A DNA stretch of 64,000 nt from Chitinophagales bacterium (lineage in GTDB: Bacteria > Bacteroidota > Bacteroidia > Chitinophagales > CAIOSU01), in NCBI GenBank assembly GCA_018401955.1, contig JAGYJT010000012.1:10303-74302 (forward strand), given 5' to 3'. Positions 56,655 through 64,000 of the stretch are shown here, in pieces. Every line of letters begins with the position of its first letter. The first letter of the stretch is position 1. Position numbers and translations under genes: made by a program. Under the pieces are notes generated by a model. That model saw only the letters and a list, made by a program, of their open reading frames with translations. It did no database searches and was not told the origin of the DNA.

Positions 56655-58199
56655 TTATTGCCTTTTCTTTAATTGGGCTTTGGCCCAATCCATGTTGTTT
56701 CTTGCAATCTCATCGGTTGGGTCAAGCTCCATGGCTTTGGTACATGCCTCAATGGCTTTTTCATACTCTTGCAACTGGTTGTATGCAGCGCAAATATTGT
56801 TCCACGCATCAAAGCTTTTAGGGTTTAGCTCTAGTATTTTTTGATTGGCCCTTATGCAGCCCATATAGTCGCCCTCGTTATATTTTTTTATACCGATTTT
56901 GAAAAGGTCTTGTGGGGTGGGGGCAATGGTGTCAATTATCACCAACTCATCCGATTTCTTAAAGGTATCCAATGCAAAATTTGGTAGCACATCGGCTGCA
57001 TGTAGTAGTTTATAAGTTATCGGGTCATACATGCCATAGTCAATAAATATCCGTTTAAATTGGCTCAAATTATAGCCAGCTATTAACACTACCGCGAAAA
57101 TACCCGCGTATTTGGCTAGTTTTCTTTTTTGCAACAGCTCATTAATTAATGCCGGTAGGGCAATTGCAGCCATAAACAGTAGTATCCATTCAAGGTAATT
57201 GATGTACCTGAGGTTAAGGGTTGCAAAGGTAACGGCAGCGGCATTTAGCACAAATAGGGTTACTACAATCAAAACATCGGCTTGCCAAAGCTTTTTACTA
57301 CCGAAATAATAACCTATACCCAACAAGCCGATGAGCAGTAGTACGGGCGAAAGGAGCGTATAGTCCAATAAAATGCGATACCAATGGCCTTGCTGATATA
57401 AATAATGGTAGCTGTTGTATTGGTTATAAGCAATGCCTTCGTCAATTAATGCAAATATCGACATAAAATTGTCCCAGCCTAAGAAAATGGCATAGCATGA
57501 TAAAAGCAATGTGGGTACGCAAACTGCCACTAACAAACCATCAGTAAACCGATATTTGCCTTTGTATTTAAAGTAATAAAATAGCCACACCAGCGCAATG
57601 CCCGGCAATAGCATTGCACTTGGTTCTTTCTCTAATACAAGCAGTGTTTGCATTACTATAAAGTATACAAGCCATTGGTAAGTTGGTGTTTTAAGATACC
57701 TGATGAACACCAAAGTGGTACCCAATACAAACAAGTAGTTGCTGCTATCCATCAGTGCCCTGCGTGCAATGCCCAAGCCTAGCGGGGCGGTAACCAGCAA
57801 TAAGCAAAACAAAAGTGCGGGCAAGCCCCCATAGCGCTCTTTAACAAACCTAAACGATAAGAAAACAATTAACGCATACGAGAGCGTAGACATCCAGCTT
57901 AGGGCTGCCATGCCATCAAAGATGTTAACAAACACCCACGCTTGAAACAAGTGTACAATGCGCAATGGCGATGGCCAAACATACTTATCGGGTCTATCGG
58001 CGTGGTATTTGGCTAGGTGTTTCATGCCGTCCAAGAAGCCATCGGCCTTAAGCGTAAGGGCATAGTTCATGTAATTTCCCTCATCGGCATTAAGCTTATA
58101 TTGCCCTTCATTAGGAAAACTAAGTGACAGGCCAACCACCATGCCTATGATAAACAACAGACAGGCTAGCTCATATTTATACTGGGATAGCTTCATCAT
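56655..58199 (-). CDS. GT-C/GT39-like membrane glycosyltransferase fused to C-terminal TPR repeats
   Basis: About 10 TM segments with an early loop motif NADEGNYMNYAL (DE-type GT-C motif). C-terminal TPR units (YMGCIRANQKILELNPKSFDAWNNICAAYNQLQEYEKAIEACTKAMELDP). Confidence 0.55.
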   Translation of the reverse strand: MMKLSQYKYELACLLFIIGMVVGLSLSFPNEGQYKLNADEGNYMNYALTLKADGFLDGMKHLAKYHADRPDKYVWPSPLRIVHLFQAWVFVNIFDGMAALSWMSTLSYALIVFLSFRFVKERYGGLPALLFCLLLVTAPLGLGIARRALMDSSNYLFVLGTTLVFIRYLKTPTYQWLVYFIVMQTLLVLEKEPSAMLLPGIALVWLFYYFKYKGKYRFTDGLLVAVCVPTLLLSCYAIFLGWDNFMSIFALIDEGIAYNQYNSYHYLYQQGHWYRILLDYTLLSPVLLLIGLLGIGYYFGSKKLWQADVLIVVTLFVLNAAAVTFATLNLRYINYLEWILLFMAAIALPALINELLQKRKLAKYAGIFAVVLIAGYNLSQFKRIFIDYGMYDPITYKLLHAADVLPNFALDTFKKSDELVIIDTIAPTPQDLFKIGIKKYNEGDYMGCIRANQKILELNPKSFDAWNNICAAYNQLQEYEKAIEACTKAMELDPTDEIARNNMDWAKAQLKKRQ

Positions 58200-58464
58200 G
58201 GAGATGCTAAAATAGATAATGTATCGGTTTTGTCGCTGTTAAACTGGAAAAGTATGTATGCCAAAGGTATTGGCGTATGGTTTTTATCCAATAAATATCG
58301 GTTTCCCACACCATATTGTTATTATCTACTAAATAAAATAGCTGACGGGGTGTTATCTTTGTTATTGGAATAGTATCAAGTAGTGAGTATCAAGTATCAA
58401 GTAGCGATGATTAAATTGCATTTGATACATTGTACTTCGTACCTCGTACATTGTACATCAAACC

Positions 58465-61431
58465 ATGAGTGAAGAGTTAGAAGAGGATTTACCGGCAGAA
58501 GAACAACCGAACGAAGACCAAGAGCTTTTATCGGGCTCGGTGCCCGTAAGTGGCATGTACAAAGATTGGTTTTTGGATTACGCTTCGTATGTAATCCTTG
58601 AGCGTGCTGTGCCTGCCATTGAAGATGGCTTAAAGCCTGTTCAGCGCCGCATACTTCACTCCATGAAGGTTATTGATGATGGCCGATTTAATAAAGTAGC
58701 CAACATCATTGGGCAAACCATGCAGTACCACCCCCACGGTGATGCGGCCATTGGCGATGCCATGGTAAACTTGGGGCAAAAGGATTTATTGATTGAAACC
58801 CAAGGTAACTGGGGCGATATACGCACCGGTGATGGCTCGGCTGCCCCACGTTATATTGAGGCACGACTGAGCAAATTTGCGCTAGAGGTAGCCTTTAATG
58901 ATGATACCACCGAGTGGCAAATGAGCTACGATGGCCGTAAACGCGAGCCGGTATCATTGTCAATGAAGTTTCCGTTGCTTTTGGCGCAAGGCGTAGAAGG
59001 TATTGCGGTAGGGCTTTCAACCAAAGTATTGCCGCATAACTTTATTGAGCTTATTGATGGTTCAATTGCAATATTAAAGGGAGAGGATGTTGTTATCTAC
59101 CCCGATTTTCTTACGGGTGGCTCGGTTGATGTAACCGAGTACAATGGCGGCGCTAGAGGCGGACGTGTAAAAGTGCGTGCTAAAATTGAAAGCCCCGATA
59201 AAAAGACCCTACTCATAAAGGAAATACCTTTTGGCACCACCACCACCAGTATTATTGATAGCATTATTAAGGCCAATGATAAGGGTAAGATAAAAATCAA
59301 AAAGGTAGTGGATAACACTGCTGCCGATGTAGAAATTGCCGTTGAGTTGGCCCCGGGCATTTCGCCTGATGTAACTATTGATGCCTTGTATGCTTTTACC
59401 GAGTGTGAGGTGAGCATTTCGCCGAATGCTTGTGTCATCATCAAAGATAAGCCGCACTTTCTTAACGTAAATGAGATATTGAGGCTTTGCACGTTCCAAA
59501 CCAAGGAGCTGTTGCGCCAAGAGTTGGAGATTGAAAAGCGTGCCCTTGAAGAGAAGTGGCACTTTGCATCGTTGGAGAAAATCTTTATCGAGAACCGTAT
59601 TTACCGTGATATTGAGGAAGAGGAAACTTGGGAAGGGGTAATATCGGCCATTGATAAAGGCTTGGAGCCGCATAAGGCTATTTTCCATAGAGAGATTACC
59701 GAGGAGGATATTGTAAAGCTTACCGAAATAAGGATTAAACGTATCTCTAAGTTTGATAAGTTTAAGGCTGATGAGCAAATAAAGAAACTTGAGGACGACC
59801 TTAAGCAGGTTAAGCACCACCTAAGGCACCTTACCGATTATGCCATTGCCTACTACCAACGCCTAAAAGATAAGTATAGTAAGGGCCGCGAGCGCAAAAC
59901 CGAGATTCGCTTATTTGATAGCATCCAAGCATCGCAAGTAGCCGTGGCCAACCAAAAGCTATATGTAAACCGTGAAGAAGGGTTTATTGGTTATGGCATG
60001 AAAAAGGATGAGTACATTGGCGATTGCTCTGATATTGACGACATCATTGTTTTCCTTGCCGATGGCCGATACCAAGTGATAAGGGTTAGCGAGAAAGCCT
60101 TTGTAGGCAAAGACATAATACATGCCGGGGTATGGAAACGCGGCGATGAGCGAATGGTGTATAACGCTGCATATTGGGATACCAAGAGCAAGCGTGCTTT
60201 TGTAAAACGTTTTGCAGTGCCGGGCGTTACCCGCGAGAAGGAGTATGATGTAACCCAAGGGGCCAAGAGCAGCAAGGTGCTTTACTTTAGTGCCAACCCT
60301 AATGGCGAAGCAGAGGTAGTAAGCGTATTGCTTACCCCAGGCAGCACCGCAAGGGTGAAGAAGTTTGAGTTTGATTTCTCAACACTTGAGATAAAAGGAC
60401 GGACCAGTAAGGGCAACACGCTTACCAAATACCCGGTAAAGAAAATAGAAAAGATATCATCAGGCTCTTCTACGCTTGGGGGTATTGATGTGTGGTTGGA
60501 TGACTCGGTGGGTAGATTGAATATGGAGGAGCGTGGCCGATACCTGGGCAAGTTTGAAGGCGATGATAAGATATTGGTGATATACAAAGACGGGCACTAT
60601 GAAATAACCGGCTTTGAAATGACCAACCGTTATGAGCTGGCCGAGATACTGGTGATAAAACAGCTGGACATTGAAGAGGTGGTTACTGCCGTACACTTCG
60701 ATGGCGAGAAGCAGAACTATTTTATAAAACGCTTCTATATTGAGCTAACCAAACCAGGGCAGAAGTACCTGTTTATTAGCGAAGCCAAGGATAGCAAGCT
60801 TACCTTCCTTTCGTTGGATAACCGCCCGAATGTAGAGGTGAAAGTTACCAAGGGCAAAGCCAAAACCCCAGATACGGAGATAGTGTCTTTGGCCGACTTT
60901 ATTGACATAAAAGGTTGGAAAGCACTGGGCAATAGGTTGAGCCTAAACGATGTGGTAAAAGTGACCAAACTGGACAGTGACCCTGACCCAGAGCCTGATA
61001 CCATGCCAGACGGCGGCGATGACGACGATGATGGTGACGATACACTAAATGACAATACCACTGGCAGCGAGGATGCAGATGCTGAAGATACACCTGTGGA
61101 AGATGCGGATAACGATACGGAGGAAAGTGCCACTCCTGAGGCAGTGAAAGAGGCAACGCCAGCAGACAAGCCCATAGAAAAGCCAACGCCTGAGCCTAAA
61201 GTTGAGGCAACACCTCAGCCAAAAATAGCACCAACCCCTGAAGCAAAACCAGCTGCAACCCCAACTGCTAAGCCAGAACCTGAATCAGCCGAACCTAAGA
61301 AAGAGGAGCCTAAGCCAACTGTAGACGATACAAAGCTAAACACCGGCAGCGAGGTAGAGTGGGACATTCAAAAGAAGACCAAAACTACCAAGCTACCACC
61401 GCCCGATACCAGCCAAGGTAGTTTGTTTTAA
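58465..61431 (+). CDS. parC: DNA topoisomerase IV subunit A (GyrA-family) with ~170-aa acidic then Pro/Glu/Lys/Ala/Thr-rich C-terminal tail
   Basis: GMYKDWFLDYASYVILERAVPAIEDGLKPVQRRILHSM, QYHPHGDAAIGDAMVNLGQ and AAPRYIEARL (catalytic Tyr region) are typical of Bacteroidota ParC. Confidence 0.8.
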   Translation: MSEELEEDLPAEEQPNEDQELLSGSVPVSGMYKDWFLDYASYVILERAVPAIEDGLKPVQRRILHSMKVIDDGRFNKVANIIGQTMQYHPHGDAAIGDAMVNLGQKDLLIETQGNWGDIRTGDGSAAPRYIEARLSKFALEVAFNDDTTEWQMSYDGRKREPVSLSMKFPLLLAQGVEGIAVGLSTKVLPHNFIELIDGSIAILKGEDVVIYPDFLTGGSVDVTEYNGGARGGRVKVRAKIESPDKKTLLIKEIPFGTTTTSIIDSIIKANDKGKIKIKKVVDNTAADVEIAVELAPGISPDVTIDALYAFTECEVSISPNACVIIKDKPHFLNVNEILRLCTFQTKELLRQELEIEKRALEEKWHFASLEKIFIENRIYRDIEEEETWEGVISAIDKGLEPHKAIFHREITEEDIVKLTEIRIKRISKFDKFKADEQIKKLEDDLKQVKHHLRHLTDYAIAYYQRLKDKYSKGRERKTEIRLFDSIQASQVAVANQKLYVNREEGFIGYGMKKDEYIGDCSDIDDIIVFLADGRYQVIRVSEKAFVGKDIIHAGVWKRGDERMVYNAAYWDTKSKRAFVKRFAVPGVTREKEYDVTQGAKSSKVLYFSANPNGEAEVVSVLLTPGSTARVKKFEFDFSTLEIKGRTSKGNTLTKYPVKKIEKISSGSSTLGGIDVWLDDSVGRLNMEERGRYLGKFEGDDKILVIYKDGHYEITGFEMTNRYELAEILVIKQLDIEEVVTAVHFDGEKQNYFIKRFYIELTKPGQKYLFISEAKDSKLTFLSLDNRPNVEVKVTKGKAKTPDTEIVSLADFIDIKGWKALGNRLSLNDVVKVTKLDSDPDPEPDTMPDGGDDDDDGDDTLNDNTTGSEDADAEDTPVEDADNDTEESATPEAVKEATPADKPIEKPTPEPKVEATPQPKIAPTPEAKPAATPTAKPEPESAEPKKEEPKPTVDDTKLNTGSEVEWDIQKKTKTTKLPPPDTSQGSLF

Positions 61432-61505
61432 TAGGCATACAATTCCAGAAGCCTAACGCCGTTTAATATTAACCCATAATGGGTATCTTCGTAAAAAGGC
61501 TCACC

Positions 61506-61931
61506 ATGAAAAATTGGTTTTTGTTCCTAATGATGTTTTGCGGCGGTGTTAGTCTTAAGGCTCAACAAACGTGCGAATGCGTTGCCGAAATATTTGATGA
61601 AACCGGAAACTTGGTACTCACTATAGACCCATCGGGGGCTTGGCTATTTCCAAAGTCTGCAGAAGGGGAGTATAACGTACAAGACTTATGTTTTACCGGG
61701 CCAGCATTGAATGAGGTAAAACAATTAGTGCTGCATGGTGGCCGTTTAGAATCTCCTAAGTTGCTGGGTATTAAATGCTGCAACGTGAAGTACTTGGCAT
61801 CATTTGCTGGTATCTCAACTGAGTTACCCATTAAGCTTAACACCACCACCCCCTACGTGCTCTTTGGTGAAGATAGGCGCATTGTCCTCACCAATGATTG
61901 CATGCATTTGTATAATGTAAAGTTTGAGTAG
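61506..61931 (+). CDS. Secreted hypothetical protein
   Basis: Signal peptide MKNWFLFLMMFCGGVSLKAQ. No recognisable motif. Confidence 0.4.
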   Translation: MKNWFLFLMMFCGGVSLKAQQTCECVAEIFDETGNLVLTIDPSGAWLFPKSAEGEYNVQDLCFTGPALNEVKQLVLHGGRLESPKLLGIKCCNVKYLASFAGISTELPIKLNTTTPYVLFGEDRRIVLTNDCMHLYNVKFE

Positions 61932-61965
61932 CAAGAGATAGTTACCTAAGGGTGTTTATGCTTGC

Positions 61966-62259
61966 ATGAGACTATTTATACTGTTCCTTTTATTGGCACC
62001 TTTTGTAGCGTTTTCACAAAACGTGCCTGAAGTTGATAGGCAGGAATTGGATACCCTTTCAATAGAAGTTGTTGGTCATAAAGTAACTGAGTTGCCTCAA
62101 GTAATAAAAGACTGCTTTGAAATTGGCTGTTACAACTGCGGAGGTTGCACAGTAAATAAGGTAAGTTACATCGAGGAAGAATCATTAGGTCAATTTAATC
62201 TAATAAATAAACCTAGAGAATTCTGGTTCTTTTGGAATCTAATAGTGGTAAGGGATTAA
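61966..62259 (+). CDS. Secreted hypothetical protein (97 aa)
   Basis: Signal peptide MRLFILFLLLAPFVAFSQ. Cys cluster CFEIGCYNCGGC. Confidence 0.4.
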   Translation: MRLFILFLLLAPFVAFSQNVPEVDRQELDTLSIEVVGHKVTELPQVIKDCFEIGCYNCGGCTVNKVSYIEEESLGQFNLINKPREFWFFWNLIVVRD

Positions 62260-62310
62260 ACCTGTAACGTAAAACCAATCAACCAATAACTAATAACCTA
62301 TAACTAAACC

Positions 62311-63102
62311 TTACGCCTTCCCCTTCAGCTGCATTACCTCGCGCTGAAGTTCAAGCATCATGCCCATCATACGCTCGATGCTCATGTCTTGCTCGGCTGG
62401 TGCATGGCTGATGAAAAGTTTGGCTTTCCATACTTCCACTACGTCTTCCAGTGGCATTTCGTAAGGGGTGTAGCTAGGGTTGTCGGAGCGCAATAATAGC
62501 TTTTGCGTTTCCGGTAGTTGATTGAATAGGCGCTTATACACAATACCATCGTTGCGGGAAACCACTACGTAGGTTAGGCCATCTTTAATGCCGGTCCAGT
62601 CTTGCACATACTCGCCCACTACCACCGAGCCAGGCTGCAATGGCAACATGCTATCACCACTAATCTCAAAGGCACGGTAAGTACCTTCACTTAAAAACGG
62701 CAAGCGGAAACGCGGTAGCTCTTCAATATATTCTGGGTCGGCATAGCCGTTTAAGTAGCCGGCAGCGGCCTTGGCAGGCACTAGCTCTACAAATTCGCGG
62801 TTCTCCTCATCCACAGTAATGGTAAGCACACGCAGCTTGCGGCCTTCGGCATCGTTGGCACCGGGTTCTTCTTTAAACAGGTTTTTGGCGGCAATTTTGC
62901 TCAAGTTGCGGCTCAACAGTTGGTCGAGCGACAGGTTGAACATTTTTGCCAATGCACGCTGCACGTCCAAATTTGGCTTGGCCCTACCTTCTTCGTACGC
63001 GCCAAGGGTGGCACGTTTGATTTTTAAAAGGTCGGCAAACTCTTGTTGGGTAATACCTTTCTGCTTGCGCAGGAAGCGAATATTTACGTTGATTATGTCC
63101 AT
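62311..63102 (-). CDS. LexA-like repressor: XRE-type HTH fused to S24 peptidase domain
   Basis: N-terminus IRFLRKQKGITQQEFADLLKIKRATLGAYEEGRAKP (HTH_3). C-terminus FEISGDSMLPLQPGSVVVGEYV...GIVYKRL (Ser/Lys dyad pattern). Divergent from dinB. Confidence 0.8.
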   Translation of the reverse strand: MDIINVNIRFLRKQKGITQQEFADLLKIKRATLGAYEEGRAKPNLDVQRALAKMFNLSLDQLLSRNLSKIAAKNLFKEEPGANDAEGRKLRVLTITVDEENREFVELVPAKAAAGYLNGYADPEYIEELPRFRLPFLSEGTYRAFEISGDSMLPLQPGSVVVGEYVQDWTGIKDGLTYVVVSRNDGIVYKRLFNQLPETQKLLLRSDNPSYTPYEMPLEDVVEVWKAKLFISHAPAEQDMSIERMMGMMLELQREVMQLKGKA

Positions 63103-63141
63103 GACAGCTCTTGCGGTTATCTAAAGAAATTAGTACCTTTG

Positions 63142-63206
63142 GCTAAAGATATTACAAATATACTAACAATTATTCCATATTTGCAAATTAGGTCAATATC
63201 TTTAGC
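63142..63206. promoter_or_regulatory. Perfect 12-bp inverted repeat in the LexA-like/dinB divergent promoter region (candidate operator)
   Basis: GCTAAAGATATT (63142-63153) and AATATCTTTAGC (63195-63206), 41 bp apart. A related half-site ATCTAAAGAAATT lies at ~63118-63130. Confidence 0.5.
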
Positions 63207-63217
63207 AATTTTCCCCG

Positions 63218-64000
63218 ATGGCCGCCGACAATGAACGCACCATATTGCACATGGACCTAGACAGTTTCTTTGTCTCGGTAGAGCGCCTCAAAAACCCTGA
63301 GCTGGTTGGCAAGCCTGTAATAGTAGGTGGCAGCAGTAAGCGTGGGGTAGTGGCGGCGTGTAGCTACGAAACCCGGAAGTTTGGTGTGCACAGCGCCATG
63401 CCCATGATGCAGGCGCTGAAGCTATGCCCCAATGCCATAGTAATTAGCGGCAGCCATGGTGAGTATAGTCTATACAGCAGGCAAGTAACCAATATTATAA
63501 GGGAAGAGGCGCCGCTGTTTGAGAAATCGAGCATTGATGAGTTTTATATTGACCTCACGGGCATGGAGAAGTACTTTGGTTGCTACCAGTGGGCTACCAA
63601 GCTGCGCCAGCGCATAATGACCGAGACCAACCTGCCCATTTCCTTTGGCCTATCTATAAATAAGATGATGGCCAAGATTGCCACAGGCGAGGCCAAGCCC
63701 AACGGGCAACTTATGATACCCCGCGGAACCGAGGCGGAGTTTTTAGCCCCCATGAAAGTGGGCAAAATCCCTTTTATTGGCGAAAAGACCGAAGAAACGC
63801 TGAATAAACTAGGTATACGTACCGTTGGGCAGCTGGCCAACTACAACCTAGGGCACTTGGAGCAGTTTATCGGCAGCCATGCCAGCACGTTGCAACTGCG
63901 GGCTCGTGGCATCGACCATAGCCCTGTTACACCATTCCACGAAGCGAAATCGGTAAGCACGGAGCGTACCTTTTATGAAGATACTATGGATGTAAACTAC
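63218..64000 (+). CDS. dinB: DNA polymerase IV (Y-family), N-terminal part; continues past window end
   Basis: Hand translation from ATG 63218: MAADNERTILHMDLDSFFVSVERLKNPELVGKPVIVGG...SIDEFYIDLTG...SFGLSINKMMAKIATGEAKPNG. These are canonical DinB motifs. No stop occurs before the window end, which is why it is absent from the ORF track. Confidence 0.9.
   Translation, partial: MAADNERTILHMDLDSFFVSVERLKNPELVGKPVIVGGSSKRGVVAACSYETRKFGVHSAMPMMQALKLCPNAIVISGSHGEYSLYSRQVTNIIREEAPLFEKSSIDEFYIDLTGMEKYFGCYQWATKLRQRIMTETNLPISFGLSINKMMAKIATGEAKPNGQLMIPRGTEAEFLAPMKVGKIPFIGEKTEETLNKLGIRTVGQLANYNLGHLEQFIGSHASTLQLRARGIDHSPVTPFHEAKSVSTERTFYEDTMDVNY

Noticed and set aside
59097-61186. Minus-strand ORFs of 78-203 aa within parC
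   Set aside because: They are nested antisense to a well-supported 988-aa topoisomerase gene. The Ser/Leu-rich antisense text of the acidic tail is an expected artefact.

Overview
The window has two very different parts.

**Part 1, about 1-39,100: phage block.** This is a contiguous, single-strand (minus) tailed-phage morphogenesis, packaging and lysis block.
- Read right to left, the genes are small and large terminase, an HExxH protein, portal, a GroES-like protein, scaffold, capsid proteins, a neck module interleaved with many tiny, very basic proteins, and a large, partly duplicated fibre region.
- These are followed by a lysis cassette (M15 endolysin plus a GTA-type holin), a large tail/nozzle-like gene, internal/ejection-type proteins, and a giant ORF of more than 1,963 codons that runs off the left edge.
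- Most genes carry strong AGGAG ribosome-binding sites and are coupled by ATGA/TAATG overlaps.
- At least a dozen apparent frameshifts or interruptions break otherwise recognisable genes.

**Part 2, about 39,100-64,000: Bacteroidota-type chromosome.**
- Genes include ligA, a methyltransferase, a fatty-acid desaturase, T9SS cargo proteins and PorP/SprF, an M28 peptidase, an Omp85-like protein, psd and a pterin dehydratase.
- Also present are two sigma-70 paralogues, an NlpC/P60 peptidase, a GT39-like/TPR membrane protein, parC, a LexA-like repressor and dinB.
- The ORFs are intact, and six of the eight starts I checked lack a Shine-Dalgarno box.

**Main observations.**
- The junction at about 39.1 kb cuts ligA inside its BRCT domain. 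It is either a real insertion or an assembly chimera.
- A 750-bp convergent intergenic region (52.3-53.05 kb) holds four tandem units. Each has a conserved 15-mer followed by a long hairpin whose stem sequence differs between units while pairing is kept.
- The phage carries a set of small Lys/Gly/Met-rich proteins.
- The duplicated fibre cassette contains a 17-codon relic ORF.
- The phage genes show pervasive frameshifting.

No rRNA, tRNA, CRISPR array or integrase was seen. All calls rest on reading the sequence and on remembered family signatures; no searches were run.
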